From positions 128,001 to 192,000 of IMG/VR virus record IMGVR_UViG_3300031555_003522: a DNA stretch of 64,000 nucleotides. The stretch is one strand, 5' to 3'. Made by a program: the position numbers and the translations under genes. This DNA is from a virus. Lineage: Duplodnaviria > Caudoviricetes. The notes beneath the pieces are model-generated. The model saw only the letters and a list, made by a program, of their open reading frames with translations. It made no database searches and had not been told where the DNA came from. This document shows positions 17,306 to 26,974 of this stretch, piece by piece. Each line of letters starts with the position of its first letter. Within the stretch, counting starts at the first letter, position 1.

Positions 17306-19717
17306 ATGGCTAGAAATGAAAGAGCTGCATCAGAAGCCAGTAAGAGACTACAGTCTATAGGTCAGGGTATTGCGTCTAATATGGATGCTCTATATAGAAG
17401 CACTTATATGACAACAACCACCCAGAGTAAAGACCTTCAGGATCTTACTGATAGAATTAATGATAATATTGATCAAATAGTTGCTAGAAATAATGATGCT
17501 CATGGTATTCCTAGTGTTAGTACGCTGTATACCAGAATTGCCAGAAATAACTCAAAAGATCAGAAGAGTTCTGATTTTATAAATGGCTTAGAAAATATGT
17601 TTGATAATGGTATGGTTACAGATGATCTATATGACCTATTCATGAGTAATAGATATTTGAGAGAATTGGATAACGAAATAGATACCATTTGTAAATATAT
17701 GCCTGATCTTGAAGAAGCATTGGCAGTTATGAAAGACTGTGTGCTTTCTGCAGATCACTTCTCCAAAGATTTTCTTAGCCTTACAACTACTTCATCTGGA
17801 GTTCAAGCAACTGTATTTTCCGAAAGGGTTAAAGACCTCAAGAAGAGATATAAACTTCTCCCTCTTGTAGAAGAGATATATGAAAATATGTCTAAATATG
17901 GTGAACAGTTTATCTATCGTGTACCTTATAAAGATGCTATAGGTAGACTATTATCTACAAAACCAGATACTTCTCTTGTTATGCCTCATAGAGGATTGCA
18001 TGAAAGTACTCAGGAAGAAGATAAAAACTCTCTGTTTATGCTTAGTATGAATAATGAATCCTGTACCATTATTGGCATGGATAATCATGAATATTTAAAT
18101 GAGTCTGCGACTATTATTACAGAAGGTACAACTCATGTGTCTAATGGAGAGGATGTTACTACTCCTATGCAGACAAGTATTCTTGATAAGAAAGAATCTT
18201 TCAATATAGGTATAGAAATATGTAGGTCTGGTGTCATAGAGAGTGTTATTTCTGGCTATAGAGATGCTATTGCTAAGAAAACAAAATACACAAATGAATC
18301 TATGATGAAAGCATATGCAGAATCTTCTAAGAAAAATATAGAAGCTAGTGGAAATATAACACTTCCCAAAGATAAGACAGATGGTAGGATACTTACCAAT
18401 GATGGTCTTATCGGAGGAAGTAGACCTGAACCTGTAAAAGTTGATCTTCCTGGTTGTGTTGTTAAAAAGCTTCGCAGAGATCATGTATATCCTATTTATA
18501 TTGAAGATATATGTATGGGATATTATTACTTTGAACTCAGACAGACTGATGAAGCCGATGCTTTTATGGGCTTTAAGAATATATTGGGAGACGTAACCAC
18601 TAATATGAGGAATAGTGGTAACGATGGTCGTACTCCCTTCAATGCTGTAGATAGCCAAAGACAGGATAATACTATTAAGTATGTAGCTGCTCAGCTATCT
18701 AAATTTATTGATAAGCAGTTTGTAAATGCAAATCAGGATATTGGTAAAGAAATTTATATGATACTGAAGTATAATGATCTTTTCAATACTCCTTCTATTG
18801 ATTCTATCAAAGTTACGTTTATTCCTCCTGAAGATATCGTACATTTCTTCTTTAGACAGGATCCGATAACCCATAGAGGTATTTCTGATCTTGAGAAATC
18901 TATGGTTCCTGCAAAGGTATATACTAGTTTGTATATCACATCTGCTATCGGTAATCTGACTAGAGGTTATGATAAGCGAGTATATTATGTAAAGCAAACT
19001 GTAGATACTAATATTGCTAAGAATCTACTCACAACTATATCTCAGATTAAACAGTCTAATTTTGGTATTAGACAATTCCAGAATATTAATCATATTCTAA
19101 ATATTACTGGTAGATTCAATGATTTGGTTATTCCCACCAATGCTTCTGGAGATCCTCCTATTCAGTTTGAGATTATGCCTGGACAAAATATAGAGGTTCC
19201 TACTGAGCTTATGGAAGAACTGAAGTCTAGTGCTGTTAGTAGTACTGGTATTCCTATTGAAATTATTCAGGCTAGACAGTCTATAGACTATGCAATGCAG
19301 TTGACAATGTCTAGCTCCAAAGTTCTTAGACTTTGCTATAAGAGACAGGAGCTGTATGAAGAACAACTTGCTACATTAATAGCACCTATCTATAATTATC
19401 AATATGATGAAAATATTTCTATCAATATTGAACTTCCCCCTCCGACATTTATCAATGTGACGAATACCAATCAGCTTGTAGATAATACTAAGAATTTGGT
19501 ACAATCTTTTGTTGATGTAGATCTTGCTGGAGTGAATGATGATGCATTGAGACAGAAATATAGTAAAGAGTTGTTCAAGCACTATATTGGTACTCATATG
19601 GACATCTCCAGACATCAGGATATTCTTGAAAGATGTAAAATAGAATTAGCAAAAGATAATGATGAATCTCATAGTGATAATGCTGGAAATGAAAATACTG
19701 GAGACGACTATTATTAA
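17306..19717 (+). CDS. Portal protein (T4 gp20-like)
   Basis: MPDLEEAL...D, KYGEQF, RGYDKRVYYV, NDLVIP and IQFEIMPG parallel the gp20-family motifs RAPERRVFY, EDYWLP and EI.TLPG. Confidence 0.75.
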   Translation: MARNERAASEASKRLQSIGQGIASNMDALYRSTYMTTTTQSKDLQDLTDRINDNIDQIVARNNDAHGIPSVSTLYTRIARNNSKDQKSSDFINGLENMFDNGMVTDDLYDLFMSNRYLRELDNEIDTICKYMPDLEEALAVMKDCVLSADHFSKDFLSLTTTSSGVQATVFSERVKDLKKRYKLLPLVEEIYENMSKYGEQFIYRVPYKDAIGRLLSTKPDTSLVMPHRGLHESTQEEDKNSLFMLSMNNESCTIIGMDNHEYLNESATIITEGTTHVSNGEDVTTPMQTSILDKKESFNIGIEICRSGVIESVISGYRDAIAKKTKYTNESMMKAYAESSKKNIEASGNITLPKDKTDGRILTNDGLIGGSRPEPVKVDLPGCVVKKLRRDHVYPIYIEDICMGYYYFELRQTDEADAFMGFKNILGDVTTNMRNSGNDGRTPFNAVDSQRQDNTIKYVAAQLSKFIDKQFVNANQDIGKEIYMILKYNDLFNTPSIDSIKVTFIPPEDIVHFFFRQDPITHRGISDLEKSMVPAKVYTSLYITSAIGNLTRGYDKRVYYVKQTVDTNIAKNLLTTISQIKQSNFGIRQFQNINHILNITGRFNDLVIPTNASGDPPIQFEIMPGQNIEVPTELMEELKSSAVSSTGIPIEIIQARQSIDYAMQLTMSSSKVLRLCYKRQELYEEQLATLIAPIYNYQYDENISINIELPPPTFINVTNTNQLVDNTKNLVQSFVDVDLAGVNDDALRQKYSKELFKHYIGTHMDISRHQDILERCKIELAKDNDESHSDNAGNENTGDDYY

Positions 19718-19724
19718 AAAGAAT

Positions 19725-19762
19725 AATCCCCACTGGATAATTCCAGTGGGGATTTATATTTT
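19725..19762. terminator. Bidirectional terminator between portal and tube
   Basis: aatccccactgga / tccagtggggatt with A- and T-rich flanks. Confidence 0.8.
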
Positions 19763-19763
19763 A

Positions 19764-20621
19764 TTAGATACTGGTACGAGTAACAGAATCCTGAATCAGC
19801 TTAGTCTGAGCCAGACCACTATGAGCATCGCTAAGAGCAGCATAGTTGTAATCCCAGCTATTACGGTGTACCATCTTGCTATTGGCAGAGGAGTTCATCC
19901 AATCGAGGATCTTCTTTGCACGAGCATTGATAGCGGAACCAGTAATGGGGAATCCACTAAACTCAGCAGAGATTTCCTGGAACTGAACATCACCCTTATT
20001 GCCATTAAAGATAGACAACTGAGCGGTAGTGGGCATACAACCAACAAGGTAGACAGCTCTCTCAACCAGCAGACCAGTATTATCGGTATGCAGGTACAGG
20101 AAGCTAAAGCATTCCTTGTGGAAGCCAGCATCATTTGGCAGAATCTGTCCGTTTTCAAAACCGATCATACCATTATAGGTCTTAAAACCGGTTGCAGGAT
20201 CACGAACAGAACGCAGATACAGTTCATGCATCTTAGTAATAGTTGCACCAGACTTTTCCATGTAGTTCATAGAGAAGTTGGAGCCACCCTGGCCATTAAC
20301 CTTGGTAATGACATTCATAGCCTGGAGACCATTTTCGATAGGAGTAGAATCGGAACTCATATCCTCCAGACCAGAGCCAAATCCACGGAATTCATACTCA
20401 AGAATATGAGTATAGGAATTAACCAGCTGAGCAACCTCAGTATCAGCTTCGGCCATCTTACGCAAGAATTCGGGAATAGAAACCACGATCAGATAAGGAT
20501 AACCACTCTCGTACAGATCAAACTGCTGAAGCTGAGTAAAGTCCGTAGTACCACGGAACAGCGTATAAGCAGTAATATCACGAGGGGTCTTCAGATCGGT
20601 AAACATATTATACTGACCCAT
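19764..20621 (-). CDS. Putative tail tube protein
   Basis: Directly downstream of the sheath; strong codon bias; beta-rich, with a YLVGCMPT / EISAEF pattern. Confidence 0.65.
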   Translation of the reverse strand: MGQYNMFTDLKTPRDITAYTLFRGTTDFTQLQQFDLYESGYPYLIVVSIPEFLRKMAEADTEVAQLVNSYTHILEYEFRGFGSGLEDMSSDSTPIENGLQAMNVITKVNGQGGSNFSMNYMEKSGATITKMHELYLRSVRDPATGFKTYNGMIGFENGQILPNDAGFHKECFSFLYLHTDNTGLLVERAVYLVGCMPTTAQLSIFNGNKGDVQFQEISAEFSGFPITGSAINARAKKILDWMNSSANSKMVHRNSWDYNYAALSDAHSGLAQTKLIQDSVTRTSI

Positions 20622-20645
20622 AAGTATTATTCTCCTTTCTTAAGA

Positions 20646-22499
20646 TTAAGATTCGATCTCTTCGGTAGAGAGAGCAACAACCTTAATCATTTCGGTCTGG
20701 ATAAAGTCCTTATATGCGACCTTCAGAACAGCATAGAAGATCTTGTTGACAGAATAAGTTGCATCCTGGACGTACTCCAGAGTCAGAGTATTAAAGTTGC
20801 TACGATAAGCGGCAATGACTTCTTCAACATCAGCCTTATAAGCCTCGAGATCCTCACCCTCAAAGAAGGTATAACGGATAGCAGGGCAACGGGTACGGAT
20901 AGCCTTAACAACTTCCTGAATACCCATGACGTTGTTGACAAAAGACCACTGACTGTACTTCTCCTGAGAGGTGTACAGAGCTTCAATAACCAGACGGTTG
21001 TCGATATAGGAAGCATAGTTTACACGCATATCCTCAAGGATTTCCTTCTGGTTGACAGTGGGACAGATAACAGGAGAGAAGGACAGAGTGCCATAAATGG
21101 CATTGTCAATACTCATGTTATACTTCATACCAGCAGTAGGCAGAATCCGACCATTGTTAATATGCTGGACAAGCTTGATAGCAATGTCGTAGCCAATGGT
21201 GACAGAAATCTGACGCTTGGTATAGGGATCAATGATATCATAAGACTGAGGATAGGTTGCGCAGAACATGCTCTTAGCCTCATCCTTACAATTAGATTCG
21301 ATAGCATTGATAGTGGTAACCTTCAAGCCCTGATCACGGAAGTACATAAAGTCTTCACGGAACATCGCCAGAGCTTCGATGGCACGCTTAACCTTTGCAG
21401 GATAGTTAGCATCGACAATAGCATCAATCTTATACTGATCCATATTGTAGATGACATTATCGAAAGTGCCGTTAAATGCTTCAACAGCCTGATCGGCCCA
21501 AGCATCAACAGCTTCGATGGGGTAGTCACCAAATGCGCCATTGGAACCACCAGACAACATCTGACCATACTCATACTGAAGGTTAATGCCATCAGCATCG
21601 AAAGTAATATTGGGCAGATCGGTACCACGATTGGTGCAGCCAAACAGCACATCGTACTTATACATAGCAGCGGCATCAATAGTGTCGTCGCCAGTAGCAG
21701 CAGCCAGAGCTTCAACATAAGCATCCAGCTGATCGGGGTATTCAATACACTGCAGCTGAGAGGAATTGGTAGAAACCATTCCCTGCAGAGAGATATTGAC
21801 ACCATTAGCAATCAGAGCATGGTTAGCACTGAAGGTCATAGATTCAACCTCAATATTACCTTCAAAGACCTGAAGAGTGTACAGAACATACTCCAGAGAC
21901 TTAGAGACCTTATAGTTGGGGGTGATCTTAATACGCTTCTTGCTAGTACCACGACCATTGTCAGAAATGACATACAGAAGATACTCGCCCTCTGCCAGAT
22001 TTTCGAGAATTGCATCAGCAGCCTCTTTGATAGTTGCGGTATTTTCTGCAGACTTGATGGAATAAGTGACCTTATTCACAGTCTTGGAAACCATATAGGG
22101 AGTCTCAGTAACCTCAACAGTCTGGTTACCCTCGCTGTCAACATACAGCAGAGCGCCAGTTGCATCGGTACCCTGAACTTCGGTTTCCTCCTGAGTGATG
22201 GCGGCAACAATACCCATATTCGCCAGGGTTGCATCTTCAGCTACCAGACGCTTACACAACAGCTCTGCACCAGAGTTGATGGACATAGCGGCCTGCAGCA
22301 GAGGCTGACCATGACGCTTGAAGGAGATACTCTTGCCATACATCTTAAAGAAATCTTCGCCAGAGATACGGGTCCATGCTTCAGTACCCTTATCAGAACT
22401 AAATACAGCACAATACAGAGGCATATTACGGACTTCCGTAATAGGCAATGTAGAAATGCCGCTTTGGTCTTCATATTCAGCAATGAAACCAGGATACAT
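20646..22499 (-). CDS. Tail sheath protein
   Basis: MYPG N-terminus, F..MYG, LSGGSNG, C-terminal RVNY and NNV; strong codon bias; AACA-N6-TA at 22574-22585 (-). Confidence 0.8.
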   Translation of the reverse strand: MYPGFIAEYEDQSGISTLPITEVRNMPLYCAVFSSDKGTEAWTRISGEDFFKMYGKSISFKRHGQPLLQAAMSINSGAELLCKRLVAEDATLANMGIVAAITQEETEVQGTDATGALLYVDSEGNQTVEVTETPYMVSKTVNKVTYSIKSAENTATIKEAADAILENLAEGEYLLYVISDNGRGTSKKRIKITPNYKVSKSLEYVLYTLQVFEGNIEVESMTFSANHALIANGVNISLQGMVSTNSSQLQCIEYPDQLDAYVEALAAATGDDTIDAAAMYKYDVLFGCTNRGTDLPNITFDADGINLQYEYGQMLSGGSNGAFGDYPIEAVDAWADQAVEAFNGTFDNVIYNMDQYKIDAIVDANYPAKVKRAIEALAMFREDFMYFRDQGLKVTTINAIESNCKDEAKSMFCATYPQSYDIIDPYTKRQISVTIGYDIAIKLVQHINNGRILPTAGMKYNMSIDNAIYGTLSFSPVICPTVNQKEILEDMRVNYASYIDNRLVIEALYTSQEKYSQWSFVNNVMGIQEVVKAIRTRCPAIRYTFFEGEDLEAYKADVEEVIAAYRSNFNTLTLEYVQDATYSVNKIFYAVLKVAYKDFIQTEMIKVVALSTEEIES

Positions 22500-22597
22500 T
22501 AACGTTTCCTCCTTTATAATATTTATAATTTAAAAAGATCTTTAATGCATAAAATTAGAGCATTACAGCTTTTTATTTTTATGTTATGAATAGCAAA

Positions 22598-23332
22598 TCA
22601 TTCATGAGTACCCATAAGGAGTTTTTCAAGAGGGGAATTAGAATCCGCAGGATTCATAATTGCTCCAACAACGCCCAAATCCCAGTTCTCGCTACTAATA
22701 GAAGCATTGGGAGATATATACTTAGGTAGATCTTTTATACTAATAGCTCTATAAGCCATTTGATCTGTAAACTTAGTATGTCTGAAAGCTACAGAAGGAT
22801 CTGATGCAGATCTAGACATTTCACTAACAACAACACCGAACATCTGCAGACTCATCCCATAAGAAGATCCATTTAATTCAATAGATTCTACAAAGTAATC
22901 CTGCAATTTATTATATGGTATTGTAGTAGGAAGTTTACCGGTAAGAAAGATTCTATAGAAGTCTTCTACGTTTGCAATATTCTGAGGAACCTTGGTAGAT
23001 ACTACAACAGCATCTCCCTTTTCAAATATTAGTAAGCGGTAATCTTGTGCTTCTGTAGCATGCTTTAAACGTAAATTTTTAGATTTCTCGATTCTAGAAG
23101 GCTTACACAAGAAGACTGTGGGAAAGTAAAATCTCTTAAGTCCTATATTAGATCCATCTTCATTAAAGATACTATAGTCTAATATTCCTAAAAGATTTAC
23201 ATATTCGCCCTTAATCTGTGCATCTCCTCTATCGAAGAAAATTTCAGGTACATAAAAAACAAATTGGCCATTTTGATTAAATAAGAGAGAATCTCCATCT
23301 CTCTTTAAAAAGCCAGGTACTTTATATGCCAT
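22598..23332 (-). CDS. Small RNA polymerase beta'-like C-terminal subunit (probably the virion RNAP)
   Basis: MFGVVVSEMSR, SPNASISSEN and SPLEKLLMG resemble RpoC HIEVIVRQM, SFISAASFQE and GLKENVIVG; ATG at 23332 after GGTGG. Confidence 0.55.
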   Translation of the reverse strand: MAYKVPGFLKRDGDSLLFNQNGQFVFYVPEIFFDRGDAQIKGEYVNLLGILDYSIFNEDGSNIGLKRFYFPTVFLCKPSRIEKSKNLRLKHATEAQDYRLLIFEKGDAVVVSTKVPQNIANVEDFYRIFLTGKLPTTIPYNKLQDYFVESIELNGSSYGMSLQMFGVVVSEMSRSASDPSVAFRHTKFTDQMAYRAISIKDLPKYISPNASISSENWDLGVVGAIMNPADSNSPLEKLLMGTHE

Positions 23333-23421
23333 ATAAATACCACCTTTTATAAGTATTAATTTAATGTAAAAATAATAAAAAACTAGAAGGGTGAGAATCA
23401 CCCTTCTAATATATAATAGAC

Positions 23422-23907
23422 TTACCAGACTAGTACTCTACCTATAATATTATAAGTAGCTGGGGAGACATTAATTGTTAAAGACCCATTAGTACAGTTC
23501 ACAGAGCAAGATTCAACTAAATCCAAGACAGAAAGATCTGGAATAAATTCTGCGTTAGAACTACCTCTGATCCTAGAATCAGAAATAATTTTTGTTCCAT
23601 TAATTACAAGAATATTATTTAACTCAAATCTATTTCCACTTAAATTTATCCACCCATTTGTTCCGCTATAGATATACAAAGTGCCCGAGTCTAATACAAC
23701 ATAGAGTTTATCAGTAATGGGGGCTAGAATTCTATCTTTTTCATCTTCTGTAGCAATAATTATAGTATCGCTACTCATTTTAATACGCTCACCCTGAGTG
23801 GGACTATCAAAATAAATATTCTTACTATCGACGCAATAATACAAAGCTTCAGACTCATAAGGCTTTGCAGATACGTCATTTTCTGTAAGATCATAATACT
23901 TAATCAA
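23422..23907 (-). CDS. Putative structural protein
   Basis: LYYCVDSKNIY and DKLYV motifs shared with the neighbouring fibre-like proteins. Confidence 0.6.
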   Translation of the reverse strand: MIKYYDLTENDVSAKPYESEALYYCVDSKNIYFDSPTQGERIKMSSDTIIIATEDEKDRILAPITDKLYVVLDSGTLYIYSGTNGWINLSGNRFELNNILVINGTKIISDSRIRGSSNAEFIPDLSVLDLVESCSVNCTNGSLTINVSPATYNIIGRVLVW

Positions 23908-23993
23908 GTCTATTCAACTCCTTTTTATAGTTTTATTATAATGTGGATAAAATAAGAAGAGAGATCTTTCGATCTCTCTTCTATTTATTTTAA

Positions 23994-25280
23994 TTAGAAG
24001 CTAGTCTTCCAAGTCAGAGCATCAACGACAGCCTTCTCAGAAGTAACCTTCTCGTCAGAAGCAGCATCAGCCTGAGCAGCAAATTCAGCAGAACCGACGA
24101 TATCGGTCTTAGCTACGGCATAGCCCTGGACATAAGCCTGAGCACCAGCCTCGGTAGCCAGTACAGTAGCACCACCGGTCATGGTCTCGCCACCCAGAGT
24201 GTAACCAGAAGCTTCAGCATCGCCTTCAGCAGATGCGCGGATAACCTGGCCAGCAGCGGCAGCGTCGACCTTGTTCATCTTCTTATTGATGGACTCATTC
24301 AGAGCATCACGAACACCAGCAATGTGAGCGGCAACAGCGGCCTCAGTAGCCAGAGTAGTTGCATTGGGAGTCTCAGCCAGAGTAGCAGCACCAGCCTTAA
24401 CACCAGAATCAGCAATGCCACCCTCAGCAGTCAGAGTTGCAACATTACCAGCAGTAGCACCAGCAACCTTATCAACCTTGCCAGACAGATCCTGAGCAGC
24501 AACATACAGACCATTGTCGGTCAGGGTCAGCATATTACCGTCTGCCTCGGAAACAATAGCCTCAGCGGTGAACTCATTACCAGTAACGGTCAGCTGAACA
24601 CCCTTACCGCTCTTAGCAGTGTAGGTATCAACCAGATCGCCAACAGGAATCTCCAGATCTTCAGACTCATCATTGAAGGACAGGATGATCTTCTTAGTCT
24701 CATCATTATAAGTTGCAGATTCTACGAATCTTTCGAGATCCAGGTTAATAGCAGTACCCAGAGCAGTACCCTCAGCGTTCAGAATGGTCAGAGCGCCAGT
24801 AGAAGGATCATATGCCAGGGAAGCTGCAACATTGGTCATGGGCAGATCCTGAGTATTACCATCACCAGTGGTAACCTTCAGAGTATTGGTAGCGGCGGTA
24901 TAAGATACGCCAGTAACAACACTAGCAGAACCAGTAACATTAGCAATCTGCTCGGTGACATAGTCGACAACAGCCTTGCCAGTTACGCCCTGAGTTTCAT
25001 TGGATGCTTCGACAGTATTTGCAACAGGCTTAATGACGGTGGTCCAAGCGGTACCATTCCATATACGGCCTTCCAGAGTTGCAGAGTCGATGTACAGCTT
25101 GCCCATGGCAATGCCAGTGGTGGGAAGCGTAGTATACAGCTCAACAGACTCATTGAACAACTGAGTGCCGCGATACAGTTCGCCAGTATCTTCCAGGAAG
25201 CACAGCATGTCGTTGGTTACTTTGCCAGCCTGGACAGCAGCCTTATATGCGTCACTCTTAATAAAATACCAAGATAACAT
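23994..25280 (-). CDS. Putative fibre/virion structural protein
   Basis: A/T/G-rich, biased codons; AACA-N6-TA at 25309-25320 (-); paralogous to the next two genes. Confidence 0.65.
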   Translation of the reverse strand: MLSWYFIKSDAYKAAVQAGKVTNDMLCFLEDTGELYRGTQLFNESVELYTTLPTTGIAMGKLYIDSATLEGRIWNGTAWTTVIKPVANTVEASNETQGVTGKAVVDYVTEQIANVTGSASVVTGVSYTAATNTLKVTTGDGNTQDLPMTNVAASLAYDPSTGALTILNAEGTALGTAINLDLERFVESATYNDETKKIILSFNDESEDLEIPVGDLVDTYTAKSGKGVQLTVTGNEFTAEAIVSEADGNMLTLTDNGLYVAAQDLSGKVDKVAGATAGNVATLTAEGGIADSGVKAGAATLAETPNATTLATEAAVAAHIAGVRDALNESINKKMNKVDAAAAGQVIRASAEGDAEASGYTLGGETMTGGATVLATEAGAQAYVQGYAVAKTDIVGSAEFAAQADAASDEKVTSEKAVVDALTWKTSF

Positions 25281-25385
25281 AATTTAGTTTCCTCCTTAAA
25301 TTTAGGTTTAATAAAATGTTTAATTTTTTCCTCATATAGTGATATGTTTTTATATAATGGGGTGGAAAACCACCCCATCAATATA

Positions 25386-26957
25386 TTACATAGTAGTCTT
25401 CCACTGCAACATGCTCAGAAGCAGTTCTTCAGAAACTACCTTACCAGAAGATGCAGCTTCAGCAGACTCTGCAACATTAGCAGAAGTGACAATGTTGGAG
25501 ACCAAAACAGCATTCTCATCAGTGTAAGTCTTTGCGCCAGCAATAGCTTCAGTCTTAACGCCTGCCAGAGTCTCAGTCAGACCAGTGATCTTAGACTGAG
25601 GAACAGCGTTAATAGAAGCAGTACCATTAGCATCGACACCGATAGTAGCACCATCGGGCTTAACACCACCAATGGAATTTACAGTTGCAACAGGAAGCTC
25701 ATAGACCTTGACATCCTGACCGTCAACAGCAATATGACCATTGGTTTCACCAGCAACGACACTCTGTACGGCAGTATCAGCCTTAGCACCCTGCTCAGCA
25801 GTAGCAAAAGCATCAGGATCGTAGGCATCAGTAACAGCCTTTACCTCAGCAATAGCATCAGCAAGCTCCTTTTCCTTGGCCATAGCACGAGTCTCTTCCG
25901 CTTTAACAGCCTCAGCAATGTAGCCAAATACAGTAGTAGCAGTAGCACCCTCGGGCAGAGCACCAACCAGTTCTTCCAGAGCCTTAATAGCAGTAGCATT
26001 GCTATTGATATTTTCATTCATCTTGGTGACATCGGTTGCATGATTCTCAGCCCAATCAACCAGTTCCTTCAGAGTGTCGAGGCCCTCAGAGCCTTCACCA
26101 TCCAGATAAGTACTAATAACCTGAGCAATCTTGTAATCGACGGAACCCTCAGTCTGAGCATTGGCATTCAGAGTCTTAATATCATTTTCGGTCTTAGTAA
26201 CACGATCAGACAGAGCACCTTCAGCATTAGTAGCACGCTCAACCTCTTCGGCCAGCGCCTCATCCTGAGTAGTCTTGTTGTTATCAACCTTAGTGTTGAT
26301 TGCTTCGACTTCCTTCTGCAGGGAAGACATACTGGAAGACAGACCTTCAACGGTAATACGAGAGGGCTCGTACCAAGCCAGCTCATAGCCATTACCGGCA
26401 GCATTAGCAACAGCCTTGGGCTCCAAGCCACCAACCCAGCCCTGGGTCAGTTCATAGTAGCCATTAGTCTGAGGAGTAGTAGTAGCCTGTGCCCAAGCAC
26501 CCTCGAGATACTGATAATAGACATCGCCAATCTTGACATAGTCTCTTTCAGAAGGAGATTCGGGCATAGCATCGGGATAGGTATACTCGCCTTCCAGAAC
26601 GACATCTTCCATGTACTTATAGTACTCGACGCCGAAAGCCTTCAGACCAATAGTGCCACCATCGCCGACAGAAATTGTCTTATCATCACCAACAACACGA
26701 GCACCCAGCTCCTTCAGAGTCTTATCGGGCTCGATAGAGTAATGAGTAACAACACCGTTTTCATAAACGGTGATCTTCTGGCCGATATAATACTTAGTAT
26801 TAGTAGAGCCAGCATTCTCAGCAGTCTGAGCCGCAGCAAAGGCTTCATTATAGCTACCAAACATGCTTCTCACGTCAAGCGGGAATGCACTCTTGGGCTC
26901 AAAGCCAACGGCAAAGCTCAGAATATTAGTTACCTTTTCATAACTATTTGCGCTCAT
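25386..26957 (-). CDS. Putative fibre protein
   Basis: PLDVR N-terminal motif; coiled-coil AEVERA / AEETRA; ATAEQGAKADTAVQ; LPVAT...GGVK. Confidence 0.65.
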   Translation of the reverse strand: MSANSYEKVTNILSFAVGFEPKSAFPLDVRSMFGSYNEAFAAAQTAENAGSTNTKYYIGQKITVYENGVVTHYSIEPDKTLKELGARVVGDDKTISVGDGGTIGLKAFGVEYYKYMEDVVLEGEYTYPDAMPESPSERDYVKIGDVYYQYLEGAWAQATTTPQTNGYYELTQGWVGGLEPKAVANAAGNGYELAWYEPSRITVEGLSSSMSSLQKEVEAINTKVDNNKTTQDEALAEEVERATNAEGALSDRVTKTENDIKTLNANAQTEGSVDYKIAQVISTYLDGEGSEGLDTLKELVDWAENHATDVTKMNENINSNATAIKALEELVGALPEGATATTVFGYIAEAVKAEETRAMAKEKELADAIAEVKAVTDAYDPDAFATAEQGAKADTAVQSVVAGETNGHIAVDGQDVKVYELPVATVNSIGGVKPDGATIGVDANGTASINAVPQSKITGLTETLAGVKTEAIAGAKTYTDENAVLVSNIVTSANVAESAEAASSGKVVSEELLLSMLQWKTTM

Positions 26958-26974
26958 TATTCTTTACCTCCTTC

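Noticed and set aside
19659-22502. 947-aa + strand ORF (also 24324..25277, 25344..26993 and 26948..28417)
   Set aside because: Antisense shadows of strongly codon-biased structural genes; no RBS, promoter motif or protein motifs.
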